Positions 1-10,883 are shown, numbered from the stretch's first letter. The stretch: 64,000 bases of DNA from an uncultured Bacilli bacterium (GCA_944359055.1 CALVSO010000002.1:5935-69934); one strand, 5' to 3'. A program made the numbers and translations. The notes: generated by a model not told the origin, from the sequence alone.

Positions 1-13
1 CCATTACAATAAT

Positions 14-38
14 AAATGTCAAGTATTACTTGACATTT
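14..38. promoter_or_regulatory. Perfect 12-bp inverted repeat (aaatgtcaagta-t-tacttgacattt) containing a TTGACA hexamer. Likely the terminator of an upstream gene, or an operator.
   Basis: Palindrome read directly from the sequence, followed by an AT-rich tract. The window edge prevents context. Confidence 0.35.
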
Positions 39-254
39 ATTTAATATTAATATATAAAATCGTTATTGCTTTAAAAGATATTAATATTTTTAAAATTATT
101 TGGGATGTTTACAATAAATATTTATAATGTAATAATAGATAAAATAAAATCTAATTAAGTTCATATTATGATAATAGTCATTTTAAAAATTCTATAAATA
201 TATACATTTGTACTCAATAATGGTATAATTAAATAAAATTAAGTGGTGATAAAA

Positions 255-1205
255 ATGAAAAAAGTTGTTGTGTTAGGCGGTGGAACAGGATTATCTACTC
301 TACTTCGTGGATTAAAACAATTCCCTGTTGATATAACTGCTATAGTAGCAGTATCTGATGATGGAAGAAGTACTGGTAAATTAAGGCAAGAATTTAATGT
401 TCCTGCTGTTGGTGATATCAGACAGGTTATAATTGCTTTGTCAGAAACTGAACCTTTATTTAAAAAATTATTAAATTATAGATTTAAAACGAATAGTGAT
501 TTAAATGGTCATGCTTTAGGAAATTTGTTACTTACTGGTCTTATAAATGTTTCAGGAAATCTATCTACTAGTATTGAATCGTTAGGTAAAATTTTAAATT
601 TAAAAGGTAAAGTGTTACCTTTAACTGAAGACAATGTAATATTAATGTCAAAAATGGAAGATGATTCTATTATTGAAGGTGAACACAATATTACAGAAAG
701 TAATAAAAATATTAAAGAAATTTTTTATAAGGAAAAACCTAAAGTATTAGATGAAGTTATATATGAAATAGAACATGCTGATTTAATTATATTAAGTATG
801 GGTAGTTTATACACTAGTTTATTGCCTAATTTAATATGTGATGAAGTAAAAGTTGCTATTGATAATAGTAAAGCTGATGTTATGTATGTTTGCAATATCA
901 TGACACAACCTGGAGAAACTGACGATTATAAAGCTAGTGATCATATAAAAACAATAAATAAATATTTAAATAATAAAAAAGTTAATGTTATTGTTGTTAA
1001 TAATGGTAAAGTAACAAAAAAAATAAAAGAAAAATATCTATCAATGGAACAAAAAGATCAAGTTATATATGATAAAGAAGAATTAAAAAAATTAAATTTA
1101 AAGATAATAGCTGATAATTTTATAAAAGTTGAAGATGATATTTTAAGACACAATATAGCTAAATTAGGATTTCACATTTATTCATATTTATTAAAGGGTG
1201 ATTAA
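255..1205 (+). CDS. yvcK: Gluconeogenesis factor / UPF0052 (CofD-like) protein YvcK
   Basis: N-terminal VVVLGGGTGLSTLLRGLK and VSDDGRSTG motifs. ATG at 255 sits behind RBS aagtggtga; the ORF track used an upstream GTG. The gene is followed by whiA, as in Bacillus. Confidence 0.85.
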   Translation: MKKVVVLGGGTGLSTLLRGLKQFPVDITAIVAVSDDGRSTGKLRQEFNVPAVGDIRQVIIALSETEPLFKKLLNYRFKTNSDLNGHALGNLLLTGLINVSGNLSTSIESLGKILNLKGKVLPLTEDNVILMSKMEDDSIIEGEHNITESNKNIKEIFYKEKPKVLDEVIYEIEHADLIILSMGSLYTSLLPNLICDEVKVAIDNSKADVMYVCNIMTQPGETDDYKASDHIKTINKYLNNKKVNVIVVNNGKVTKKIKEKYLSMEQKDQVIYDKEELKKLNLKIIADNFIKVEDDILRHNIAKLGFHIYSYLLKGD

Positions 1206-1207
1206 TT

Positions 1208-2101
1208 ATGTCGTTTACAAGTACAGTAAAAAATGAAGTAAGTAAATTAGAAATAAATAATATAGAAAAAATTGCAGAATTAAATGCTATTTTAGCTAAT
1301 AATGCCATTTTAGAAGATAATATAATAAAAATAACTACTGAAAATGCTAGTGTATCTAGAAGTATATTTAATTTAATTAAAGATTTATATCATGTAATAC
1401 CAAATATTATTGTTAGAAGAAGCTTAAATTTTAATAAAAAATATTTGTATATTTTACACATAAAAAACAAAAATATTGATATTTCTAATAAAATACCTGA
1501 AGATTATATTATTGACGATGATGAATCAGTAAGAGCATATTTAAGAGGCGTATTTTTGATGAGTGGTTCGATTAATGATCCCAAAACATCAAGATATCAT
1601 TTGGAATTTTTGGTAAATGATGAAAAGTATGCTTATTTTATAAATGATTTATTAAATAAATATAATTTAAATAGTAAGGTTTTAAAAAGAGAAACTAAAT
1701 ATATGATATATATTAAAGAAGCTGAAAAAATAAGTGATTTTTTAAGAATAATAAATGCTTATAATGCAGTTATGTATTATGAAGATATAAGAATATATAG
1801 AGATCACAAAAATATGACTAATAGATTAAACAATTGTGAACAGGCAAATGTTGATAAAGTAATTGAAACAGCAAGTAAACAATTAAAAGATATTGAGTTA
1901 ATAAATCAAGTTGGTTTAGACTTGTTAGATGAAAAAGAACAAATAGTAGCTTTATACAGATTGAAATATAAAGATGTTTCTTTGTTAGAATTAAGTGAAA
2001 TAATTTCAATGGAAACAGGTAAGAAAATCACTAAATCGGGTATTTATCATAGGTTTAAAAAAATAAGTGAATTAGCCGACAAATTAAAAGAGAAAATGTA
2101 A
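1208..2101 (+). CDS. whiA: DNA-binding protein WhiA (sporulation/cell-division regulator)
   Basis: 297 aa with LAGLIDADG-like middle region (RAYLRGVFLMSGSINDP) and a C-terminal HTH. Conserved yvcK-whiA synteny. Confidence 0.85.
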   Translation: MSFTSTVKNEVSKLEINNIEKIAELNAILANNAILEDNIIKITTENASVSRSIFNLIKDLYHVIPNIIVRRSLNFNKKYLYILHIKNKNIDISNKIPEDYIIDDDESVRAYLRGVFLMSGSINDPKTSRYHLEFLVNDEKYAYFINDLLNKYNLNSKVLKRETKYMIYIKEAEKISDFLRIINAYNAVMYYEDIRIYRDHKNMTNRLNNCEQANVDKVIETASKQLKDIELINQVGLDLLDEKEQIVALYRLKYKDVSLLELSEIISMETGKKITKSGIYHRFKKISELADKLKEKM

Positions 2102-2140
2102 TTTCTCTTTTTATTATTTTAATTTTATAGTATAATTAAT

Positions 2141-3130
2141 ATGGGTGATTTTATGGAAGAAATCTTTAATTCATTAACGCAACTTATAAAAGAACACAAT
2201 TCTATATTAATAATGACTCATAGAAACCCTGATTTTGATGGTATGGGCTCTGCTTTGGGGTTACAACAAATTATTAATAGTTTTAAAAAAGAAAGTTATA
2301 TTTGTATAAATAATAGTGAAAAAAATAGTTCACTAAAAAAAAGCTATGATTTAATTAAAGAAAATAATTTATATTTTAATACAGTAAAAAAAACTAATGT
2401 TGAAAAGTTAATTAATGACGATACTTTATTAATTATTTTAGATACTCATAAAAAAGAAATGACAGAAATTCCTGAATTGGTTGATAAAGTTAAAAATATT
2501 ATTGTGATTGATCATCATATTAAAAGTAAAGATCATATAAACGATATAAATTTAAGTTATATTAATTCTGGATTATCAAGTACTGTAGAATTTATGGCAA
2601 ACTACATTAAGTATTTAAATAAGCAAATAGATCCCCTATTCGCGACTATAATGTTAGTTGGATTAGAAATAGATACGAATAATTTTAGATTGAAAACTAC
2701 AGATAAAACTTATGAAGCAGCTGCCTTCCTATCTAAGTTAGGTGCGGATAATATTTTAAAGCAAGAATTATTGCAAGAAAACAAAGAAATATATATTAAA
2801 AGGCAAAAATTAGTAGAAAAAAGTTTTATGATAAATCAGAATATGACATTGTGTATTTTGGACAATAAAATATATGAAAATAAGGACTTAGCTGCTATAG
2901 CTGAAGAATTGTTACAATTTGAAAATGTTGAAGCTTCATTTGTAATAGGCAACATATCTAAAAATATAGTTGGTATAAGTGCAAGATCAATTGGAAAAAT
3001 AAATGTTGAAGAAATAATGGCTAAATTAGGTGGCGGTGGACATTATACAGAAGCTGCTACTCAAATAAAAGAAAAAACTATAAAAGAAGTACAAGAACTT
3101 TTATTAAATGTTCTAAAGGAGGAAAAATGA
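2141..3130 (+). CDS. DHH/DHHA1 family phosphoesterase (NrnA-like oligoribonuclease / pAp phosphatase)
   Basis: Motifs DHH (IDHHI) and GGGH (DHHA1). Located upstream of rplI-dnaB, like the yybT locus, but lacks the GdpP N-terminal domains. Confidence 0.7.
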   Translation: MGDFMEEIFNSLTQLIKEHNSILIMTHRNPDFDGMGSALGLQQIINSFKKESYICINNSEKNSSLKKSYDLIKENNLYFNTVKKTNVEKLINDDTLLIILDTHKKEMTEIPELVDKVKNIIVIDHHIKSKDHINDINLSYINSGLSSTVEFMANYIKYLNKQIDPLFATIMLVGLEIDTNNFRLKTTDKTYEAAAFLSKLGADNILKQELLQENKEIYIKRQKLVEKSFMINQNMTLCILDNKIYENKDLAAIAEELLQFENVEASFVIGNISKNIVGISARSIGKINVEEIMAKLGGGGHYTEAATQIKEKTIKEVQELLLNVLKEEK

Positions 3131-3564
3131 AAGTAATATTCCTAAAAGATTTAAAAGGACAAGGTAAAAAAGGTGAAATAAAAGAAGTAAAAGATGGGTA
3201 TGGTAATTTTTTAATAAAAAATAATGTTGCTTCACTTGCTAATGAATCTAATTTAAAACATTATAATACAGTTAAATCTAAGCAAGAATTAGAAAAAAAT
3301 TTATTTATTAAAGAATGTGAAAAATTAAAAGAACAATTAGAAAAATTAAAAATAAATATTAAAGTAAAAGTTGGTACACAAGATAGAGTATTCGGTAGTG
3401 TTAGTACTAAACAAATCGTAACAGAATTAAAAAAATTAAATTATGATATTGATAAAAACAAAATAAAATTAGATCATCCATTATCTAGTTTAGGTACTCA
3501 TGTTGTAAATGTTGAGTTACATAAAAAAGTAATAGCTAATATAAAAATTAATTTAGTAAAGTAG
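3127..3564 (+). CDS. rplI: 50S ribosomal protein L9
   Basis: [25 protein letters not shown] is the canonical L9 N-terminus. RBS aaggagg. Confidence 0.92.
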   Translation: MKVIFLKDLKGQGKKGEIKEVKDGYGNFLIKNNVASLANESNLKHYNTVKSKQELEKNLFIKECEKLKEQLEKLKINIKVKVGTQDRVFGSVSTKQIVTELKKLNYDIDKNKIKLDHPLSSLGTHVVNVELHKKVIANIKINLVK

Positions 3565-3571
3565 GTGAATT

Positions 3572-4924
3572 ATGCAAGAAAAAACTATACCTCATAGTAT
3601 TGAAGCTGAACAAGCGGTCTTAGGATCGATGTTTTTAACTAAATATGCTTTACAAAAAGGTATTGAAAGTTTAAATGAAAATTTATTTTATTTAGATAGT
3701 CATAGTAAAATATTTTCAGTTATAAGAGATTTAGCTGAAGCAAATAAACCAATAGATATAATGACCGTTAGTGAAGAATTAAAAAGAAGGAATTGGTTAA
3801 ATACTATTGGTGGTATTGAATATTTAACTACTGTTGCTAGAAGTGTTCCTACTGCTGCTAATATAGAAGAATATATTAAAATAGTTGAAGAAAAAGCTAT
3901 TTTAAGAAGATTAATAGATGAAGCTACTAATATAGTAACAGATGCTTATAATTCAAATAATAGTATTAATGATATTTTAGATAATGCTGAAACAAAAATA
4001 TTAAATGTTGTTAAAACAAGAAAAGGTACAGAATTTAGAAGTATTCAAGATGTTTTATTTAAAACACAAGCAGATTTAGAAAAAATATCTAAAAATAAAG
4101 GTGAAATGACTGGTATTTCCACAGGTTTTTATAAATTAGATAAAATTACTTCTGGATTACATCCTCATGAACTAATTATTATAGCAGCTCGTCCTGGTAT
4201 GGGTAAAACTGCTTTCGCACTTAACCTTGCTACTAACATAGCTATGAATGGTAAAACTGTTGCCTTATTTAATATGGAAATGAGTGCAGAACAATTAGTA
4301 ATGAGAATGTTAGCTTCAGTTGGACAAATATTTGGTGACAAATTAAAAAGTGGTAATTTAAAAAATGAAGATTGGAAACGAATAAATGAAGCTATTAGTA
4401 GATTAGCTGAAACTAAAATGTATATCGATGATACATCAGGTATGACAATTAGTGAAATAAGAGCCAAATGTCGTAGATTAGCCTCTATGAAAGATGGATT
4501 AGATATTATTATCATCGATTATTTACAGTTAATTCAAGGTTCGGATAGATATAAAGGAAACAGAGTTCAAGAAGTAACTGAAATATCTAGAAGTTTAAAA
4601 ACTTTAGCAATGGAATTAAAAGTTCCAGTTATTGCGTTATCTCAATTATCAAGAAGTGTTGAAGGAAAAGGAAGAAAAGATAATAGACCAATATTAAGTG
4701 ATTTAAGGGAATCTGGTTCTATTGAACAAGATGCTGATATTGTTGCTATGCTCCATCGCGAAGACTATTATGATAGAGAAGCTAGAATCGATGAAAATAC
4801 AAGTAGAACAACATTAATTATTGCTAAGCATCGTAATGGACCTGTAACAGATATCCCACTTATTTTTAAAACTAATACTAGTACATTTAATTCAGTTGAT
4901 GAAAGTATGGAAGGTGACGTATGA
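3572..4924 (+). CDS. dnaB: Replicative DNA helicase (DnaB family; DnaC in Bacillus nomenclature)
   Basis: N-terminal IPHSIEAEQAVLGSM, Walker A ARPGMGKT, 450 aa. Confidence 0.92.
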   Translation: MQEKTIPHSIEAEQAVLGSMFLTKYALQKGIESLNENLFYLDSHSKIFSVIRDLAEANKPIDIMTVSEELKRRNWLNTIGGIEYLTTVARSVPTAANIEEYIKIVEEKAILRRLIDEATNIVTDAYNSNNSINDILDNAETKILNVVKTRKGTEFRSIQDVLFKTQADLEKISKNKGEMTGISTGFYKLDKITSGLHPHELIIIAARPGMGKTAFALNLATNIAMNGKTVALFNMEMSAEQLVMRMLASVGQIFGDKLKSGNLKNEDWKRINEAISRLAETKMYIDDTSGMTISEIRAKCRRLASMKDGLDIIIIDYLQLIQGSDRYKGNRVQEVTEISRSLKTLAMELKVPVIALSQLSRSVEGKGRKDNRPILSDLRESGSIEQDADIVAMLHREDYYDREARIDENTSRTTLIIAKHRNGPVTDIPLIFKTNTSTFNSVDESMEGDV

Positions 4925-6525
4925 AAAAAATAGGATCGATAGTAATAAGTTTAATATTAGGAATAATTTTATTTTTCTTTTGTTTTGGATATAGTAAGAA
5001 TAATTACCCTAATGTATTATATAATGTTTATTTAGATGGTGAATATTTAGGTACAATTGATTCAAAAGAAAAATTACAAAATTACATTGATGAAAATACC
5101 GAACATTTAATTAATATAAAAGATATTACTAAAACATATTGTGAAGATGAAAAAAAATTAGAAGAAATTATTAAAGATGAAGAAATAAAAGAATTAATGG
5201 ATAATAGTAAAGATATTAAGTACTATGAAAAAGATAATAAAAAATGTATGGACATTATAATTGAAGATGGTGAAACAATTGAAAAAATATATTCACCTAA
5301 CGGATTAAACATTGAAAAAGTTTTAACTTATAATGGTGAATTAATTAACATAGAAGATATTTATTCAAAGATTATTGATTTAAAATCTTTCACAGTTAAA
5401 GGATATCAATTTACTGTTAATAATGAAGATAAAAATGAATATTTATATGTTACAAATAAAAGCATTTTTGAAGAAGCTGTAAATTCTTTAATTTCAACTT
5501 ATGTTGGTAAAGATGATTATAAAGCTTATTTAGAAGATAATCAATTGAAAATAGAAACAGTTGGATCTTTAATTGAGAATGTTTATATTGAAGAAAATAT
5601 TACTGTTAAGGAAACTCAAATATCAATAGATAATAAAATTTTTACTAATAGTGATGAATTAACACAATTCTTATTGTATGGTAATAATCCAATTACTACA
5701 ACATATAAAGTAAAAGAAAATGAAATGATTGAAGATATAGCGCGTAATAATAAAATCAGTAATCAAGAGTTTTTAATATCAAATCCTAAATATCGTGATG
5801 AAAATAGTTTGATTTCTGAAGGGACAGAAGTTTTAATTAAAGAAACTAATCCTCAATTGAGTGTTGTAGTTGAGAAATATATTGTTGAAGACAAAGTTAG
5901 TGAATTTAAAACTATTTATCAATATGATGAAAATGAGTTGTTAGGATATGAAAAAACAATTCAAGAAGGAGAAAATGGATTAGAAAGAATTAGTCAAAAA
6001 CAAAAGATTGTTAATGGTGATATTGCTTTCGTTGAACCTGTTGGCAAAGAAATATTAAAAAATAAAGTTGATGAAATTGTTATAAAAGGTGAAAAAAGAA
6101 TTCCTAATGTCGGAGATTTAAGTAATTGGGAATGGCCTAGTGAAAGTGGTTGGGTAATTTCAACAAATTATGCTTGGCGTATTCAACCAATTACTGGTGA
6201 ACGTGAATTCCATGCTGCTTTAGATATCGCTGGTACCGGATATAATTCTCCAGTTTATTCTGCTAATAATGGAACAGTAATTACAAAAGAATATCGTTAT
6301 GATTTTGGTAATTATATTGTAGTAAATCATAATAATGGTTACTATACTTTATATGCTCATATGAATAAATTTATGGATGGCGTTAATGTTGGAGATACTG
6401 TTGCCCGTGGTCAACAAATTGGTTATGTAGGTACTACTGGATATTCAACAGGACCTCACATTCACTTTGAAGTATGGAAAGATTGCAAATATTGTAGAAT
6501 CAATCCATGGAGTATATACGAATGA
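4921..6525 (+). CDS. Membrane-anchored M23 family metallopeptidase with a LysM-like domain
   Basis: N-terminal TM helix. C-terminal HAALDIAG...HIHFEV M23 motifs. LysM-like segment IEDIARNNKISNQEFLISNP. Confidence 0.75.
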   Translation: MKKIGSIVISLILGIILFFFCFGYSKNNYPNVLYNVYLDGEYLGTIDSKEKLQNYIDENTEHLINIKDITKTYCEDEKKLEEIIKDEEIKELMDNSKDIKYYEKDNKKCMDIIIEDGETIEKIYSPNGLNIEKVLTYNGELINIEDIYSKIIDLKSFTVKGYQFTVNNEDKNEYLYVTNKSIFEEAVNSLISTYVGKDDYKAYLEDNQLKIETVGSLIENVYIEENITVKETQISIDNKIFTNSDELTQFLLYGNNPITTTYKVKENEMIEDIARNNKISNQEFLISNPKYRDENSLISEGTEVLIKETNPQLSVVVEKYIVEDKVSEFKTIYQYDENELLGYEKTIQEGENGLERISQKQKIVNGDIAFVEPVGKEILKNKVDEIVIKGEKRIPNVGDLSNWEWPSESGWVISTNYAWRIQPITGEREFHAALDIAGTGYNSPVYSANNGTVITKEYRYDFGNYIVVNHNNGYYTLYAHMNKFMDGVNVGDTVARGQQIGYVGTTGYSTGPHIHFEVWKDCKYCRINPWSIYE

Positions 6526-7262
6526 AAGTATCAGTTTTAGCTTCGGGTTCTAAAGGAAATTCAACGTATATAGAAACTAATAATACAAAAGTATTGATAG
6601 ATGCTGGAATGAGTAATTTATATATTGAAAAAAAATTAATATTATTGGGAGTAAATCCTGATGATATTAATTTTGTCTTCATAACTCATACTCATACGGA
6701 TCATGTTGCAGGATTAAAAGTTTTTATAAAAAAACATCATCCTAAAGTCTTTTTAACATTAGATATGTACAATGAATTAAAAGATATATTAAATGACTAT
6801 GAAATATTAGAATCTGAAATAATATTAAATGATTTAATTGTTGATTATTTCAAAACATCACATGATACTGATTCAGTTGGTTATATATTTAAAAATAATG
6901 ATAAAGAAATTGTTTATGTAACTGATACCGGATATATAAATATTAAGAATTTAAAAAAATTAAATAATAAAGATTTATATATTTTTGAAAGTAATCATGA
7001 TATTGAAATGCTTATGAATAATCCTAATTATCCTTATCAAATTAAGCAAAGAATATTAGGAGATAAAGGTCATTTATCTAATAATCAATGTAAAGAATAT
7101 TTAAATAAAATAATTGGTGATAAAACTAAATATATTGTTTTAGCCCATTTATCTGAACAAAATAATGATCCATCTTTAGCTCTAAATAATTTAAATGATA
7201 TAAAAAATATTAAAATAATGATTGCTACTCAAAATGAAAGTACTGAGTTGATAGAAGTATGA
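6522..7262 (+). CDS. MBL-fold metallo-hydrolase (YycJ/WalJ-like)
   Basis: HTHTDH motif. MKVSVLASGSKGN start overlaps the upstream stop as ATGA; the track used ATG 6507. Followed by rlmH, as in Bacillus. Confidence 0.75.
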   Translation: MKVSVLASGSKGNSTYIETNNTKVLIDAGMSNLYIEKKLILLGVNPDDINFVFITHTHTDHVAGLKVFIKKHHPKVFLTLDMYNELKDILNDYEILESEIILNDLIVDYFKTSHDTDSVGYIFKNNDKEIVYVTDTGYINIKNLKKLNNKDLYIFESNHDIEMLMNNPNYPYQIKQRILGDKGHLSNNQCKEYLNKIIGDKTKYIVLAHLSEQNNDPSLALNNLNDIKNIKIMIATQNESTELIEV

Positions 7263-7690
7263 TAAAAATAATATGTGTCGGAAAATTAAAAGAAAAATAT
7301 TTAGTTGATGCTTGTTTAGAATATACTAAAAGAATAAGTAAATATACTAAAATAGAAATAATTGAATTAAAAGATAGTAATATTAAAGAAGAAAGAGATA
7401 ATATTTTAAAGTATATTAATAAAGAATTTATAATAACTCTTGAAATAGAAGGAAATATGTTAGACTCCCCTACTTTAGCCCGTAAAATAGATAACATATT
7501 TTTAACTAATCCCAATATTACTTTTATAATTGGTGGTTCAGATGGATTGCATGAAGATATAAAAAAAATAAGTAATTATAAATTATCTTTTTCTAATTTA
7601 ACTTTTCCTCATCAATTATTTAGAGTTATGTTATTAGAACAAATATATCGAAGTTTTAAAATTTTAAATAATGAAACTTATCATAAATAA
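7259..7690 (+). CDS. rlmH: 23S rRNA (pseudouridine1915-N3)-methyltransferase RlmH (SPOUT)
   Basis: MIKIICVGKLKEKYL...FIIGGSDG SPOUT signature, 143 aa. Confidence 0.85.
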   Translation: MIKIICVGKLKEKYLVDACLEYTKRISKYTKIEIIELKDSNIKEERDNILKYINKEFIITLEIEGNMLDSPTLARKIDNIFLTNPNITFIIGGSDGLHEDIKKISNYKLSFSNLTFPHQLFRVMLLEQIYRSFKILNNETYHK

Positions 7691-7970
7691 ATTTTAAAAC
7701 TTTTTTTATTTAAAATATGCTATTGCTTTAAAAAAACATAAATAAAAAACAAGTTTTTGATAAAAAGGCAAAATGCCCCTTTCCCCATATGAAGATACAT
7801 GAGAATAAACTTGTTTATTATGTTCAACTGTATAATATTGAATCTTATAATTCTAACGTGAAAAACTTAATTTTTATTAAGAAAAGGACTTATATAGGTC
7901 GGCCTTTTTTCTGACAGTTGAAATTTGTAAATGTTATTATATATTAGTTTTAGAAAGTTTGCAAGTTAGG

Positions 7971-8000
7971 TTGCGGACGCAGTCTGCCGTATGATATAAT
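7971..8000 (+). promoter_or_regulatory. Sigma-A type promoter for the kinase operon (TTGCGG-18-TGaTATAAT, extended -10)
   Basis: Hexamers read from the sequence. RBS gaggag lies 8 nt before ATG 8030. Confidence 0.5.
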
Positions 8001-8029
8001 ATTATTATAAAAGGTAGTGAGGAGTAAGT

Positions 8030-10192
8030 ATGAAAAAGAAATTGTGGGGAGTATGGGAACTGGAAGAAAAGATAGGAACCGGTTCTTTTGGGACAGTTTA
8101 TAAAGCTAGGAAAACTGAATTAGGAAAAGATTTTTATGCTGCTATAAAACATATTTCTTTTCCTAAAGATGAGGAAGAATTAGAAGAAATAAAAAGAGAA
8201 GGAAATGTAATTTCTATTGATAGTATAAGAGATTATTATAAAGATACAATTGATGATTTGATAAAAGAAATAGAAATAATGTATGAATTACGTGCTAATA
8301 AGAATATAGTTGATTATCAAGATCATTTAATAATTGAAAAAGAAAATAAATTAGGCTATGATGTTTACATTAGAATGGAATTATTAACTCCTTTAGATAA
8401 ATACATAGAAGGTAATAAAATCGATGAGGAATTAGTAACAAAAATAGGTGTTGATATATGTCAAGCATTAGAAGTATGTAAAACTCATCATTTACTTCAT
8501 CGAGATATCAAACCGGCAAATATCTTTGTTGATGATAATGGTACATTTAAATTAGGTGATTTTGGTGTTGCTAAAAAATTAGAAAAAACAACTCTTAACA
8601 TGAGTAAAAAAGGCACGTTTAATTATATGGCACCTGAGATTTATAAAGGAAAAATTGCTGATATTAGAAGTGATATTTACTCATTAGGAATTGTTATGTA
8701 TCGCTTATTAAATAATAATAAAGCACCTTTTATTGATAAAAATATGACATTAGTTAAAGCATCTGATAATGAAACAGCTTTAATGAAAAGAATGTCTGGA
8801 GAATTAATTCCTCCTATAGAAGGTATAAGTCAAAAACTTCAAACTATAATATATACCGCTTGCAGTTATGACAAAAATAATCGGTATGATGATCCTGATA
8901 TAATGCGAAAAGATTTATTAAAATCAGATGATAAATATGAAAGAAAATTTTCTGATGAGTATGACAAAACAGTATCAATTTATGAAGATTATGATAAAAC
9001 AGTATCGATTTATGATAAAGAAACACCAAATGAAAAAAATATTAAAGCAGATTTATTTATACCTAATAATTCTGATGATGAACTAAGAGATAGAATAAGA
9101 AGAATAATTGAAGAAGAAAGAAATAATGAAAGACCAAAATATGATGTTGAGGTTTATTATGAACAATTAAATAAAAAAATGCCATTATTAAGTTTTTTAT
9201 TATCCTTTGCTTTAGCAATTTTACTATTTGTACCTATATCATATGTGGTAAATTTAACAAATTTAAATTATGATATAATGGATATTATGTATAATAGTGA
9301 ATTGTTTAAAAGTGAAATAGGTATATTAATAGTGTTTTGCTTTATAACTTTAGTAGCATTTTTAATATCTATAACAGGTAAAAAACAATATAAAAATTCT
9401 AAAAAATTATATATTATAAATATGATATTATTAATTATTCAAGCAATTTTATTTTATAATAAAAGATTTAATGTTAATGTATTATATATTTGTTATTTTA
9501 TAATTACATTTATTTTGTATATTCTTCCATATAAATGGAATTTAAAATTAGAACAATTAAAAGTTGAAAAAGATAGTATTGATTATTATAAAGAAAAAAA
9601 TAAAAAATTAAATCAAATTTACAATAAAGAAGAAAAAGTAAATAAAAAAATCTACATATTTATAGGATTACTTTTTGTTGTTTCTATAACATTTGCATTT
9701 TTACCTTTTGAAAGTCAAAGTAATAAAAATTTAAAAGATAATTATGTGAAAATTATAACTGATTATATAAATTTAAGAGATGAACCATCATATTCAGGTG
9801 ACATAATTGGAATAGTTTATCAAGATGAAGTTTATAATATTTTAAGTAGTATAGATTCTAATAAAATTGTTTGGTATGAAATTGAAATGGAAAATGGCAA
9901 AAGAGGATATTTAACTAGTGGCTATAATCATGAATATATAGATGCTATAATAAAAAACAAACAAGTTGATAGGTTAGAGGTTATAAATGATTATATTAAT
10001 GTTAGAGAAGACGCTAATACAACATCTAATAGTTTAGGACAAGTTTATAAAGGAGAACAATATGATATTTTAGAAATAATCAAAGGGGATTATTATTATT
10101 GGTATAAAATATTATACGATGGTAAAGAAGCTTATATAGCTAGCCCAAAAGGTAACGAATATGTAAAATTAATGGGTGATTATAATGATTAG
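8030..10192 (+). CDS. Eukaryotic-like Ser/Thr protein kinase: N-terminal kinase domain, 5 TM helices, two C-terminal SH3b (SH3_3) domains
   Basis: Hanks motifs: GTGSFGTVYKA...AIK (ATP site), HRDIKPANIFV (catalytic loop), DFG and APE. Hydrophobic helices in aa ~385-545. Two copies of the NVR-x-PS-G...WYEI SH3b pattern. Confidence 0.85.
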   Translation: MKKKLWGVWELEEKIGTGSFGTVYKARKTELGKDFYAAIKHISFPKDEEELEEIKREGNVISIDSIRDYYKDTIDDLIKEIEIMYELRANKNIVDYQDHLIIEKENKLGYDVYIRMELLTPLDKYIEGNKIDEELVTKIGVDICQALEVCKTHHLLHRDIKPANIFVDDNGTFKLGDFGVAKKLEKTTLNMSKKGTFNYMAPEIYKGKIADIRSDIYSLGIVMYRLLNNNKAPFIDKNMTLVKASDNETALMKRMSGELIPPIEGISQKLQTIIYTACSYDKNNRYDDPDIMRKDLLKSDDKYERKFSDEYDKTVSIYEDYDKTVSIYDKETPNEKNIKADLFIPNNSDDELRDRIRRIIEEERNNERPKYDVEVYYEQLNKKMPLLSFLLSFALAILLFVPISYVVNLTNLNYDIMDIMYNSELFKSEIGILIVFCFITLVAFLISITGKKQYKNSKKLYIINMILLIIQAILFYNKRFNVNVLYICYFIITFILYILPYKWNLKLEQLKVEKDSIDYYKEKNKKLNQIYNKEEKVNKKIYIFIGLLFVVSITFAFLPFESQSNKNLKDNYVKIITDYINLRDEPSYSGDIIGIVYQDEVYNILSSIDSNKIVWYEIEMENGKRGYLTSGYNHEYIDAIIKNKQVDRLEVINDYINVREDANTTSNSLGQVYKGEQYDILEIIKGDYYYWYKILYDGKEAYIASPKGNEYVKLMGDYND
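8960..9019 (+). repeat. Tandem 30-nt repeat (2 copies) encoding YDKTVSIYED / YDKTVSIYDK in the kinase juxtamembrane linker
   Basis: Direct repeat read from the sequence. Confidence 0.6.
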
Positions 10193-10874
10193 AAAATGTT
10201 ATTTCGTAAGTAATAAAGGTAATAGAATAAATAATGAAGATAAATTTCAAATCAATAATTTTTCATCTGTTGGCAAAGATGAAATGGGTAAAAAAATAAT
10301 CTTAAATAATGCTTTAATTACTGTAAGTGATGGCATGGGTGGCGAAGAATATGGAGAACTTGCTTCGTTAATTGTTACTAAAGAATTAGCTAGATTATAT
10401 AATAAAAAATTAAATACTAAAAAAATGTTAGAAAATATAATTAATACTAATAATTTAGTCGTTTCAAAAATGAATGAAAAAAAATGTAGGATTGGGGCAA
10501 CATTAGTAAGTGCAATTATTAAAAAAAATACTATTGATATCTACAACGTTGGTGATAGTAGAGCTTATTTATATTCTAATAAATTGATTCAACTAACAAA
10601 AGATCATGCTACTAATAATGGACTAACGCAACATATGGGAATGAATGTAGAAGATGGAGTAATAGAACCTTTTGTTATTGAAAATATAAGTATTAAAAAG
10701 AATGATTATTTATTGTTATGTAGTGATGGTCTTTATAATATGGTAAATAATGAAGAAATTGAAAAAATATTAAATTCAAAACAAAAAGAAATGAATAAAT
10801 GCCAAAATTTTTTAGATTGTGCTTTAAAAAATGGTGGAAAGGATAATATTACATTTTTATTAATAAAGTTTTAG
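10185..10874 (+). CDS. PP2C-family Ser/Thr protein phosphatase
   Basis: VSDGMGG and CSDGL motifs, about 230 aa. Overlaps the kinase 3' end. ATG 10185 preferred over the GTG 10176 used by the track. Confidence 0.8.
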   Translation: MIRKCYFVSNKGNRINNEDKFQINNFSSVGKDEMGKKIILNNALITVSDGMGGEEYGELASLIVTKELARLYNKKLNTKKMLENIINTNNLVVSKMNEKKCRIGATLVSAIIKKNTIDIYNVGDSRAYLYSNKLIQLTKDHATNNGLTQHMGMNVEDGVIEPFVIENISIKKNDYLLLCSDGLYNMVNNEEIEKILNSKQKEMNKCQNFLDCALKNGGKDNITFLLIKF

Positions 10875-10883
10875 GTGGTATAT

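Noticed and set aside
1818-2009. Small antisense ORFs (60-140 aa) listed in the track inside whiA, dnaB, M23 peptidase, kinase, FHA-ABC, pdp, abgT, ssb, r-protein genes, rpoA, SDR and ecfA2
   Set aside because: All are embedded antisense in strongly supported genes in AT-rich DNA, where stop-free antisense frames arise by chance. No RBS or motif support.
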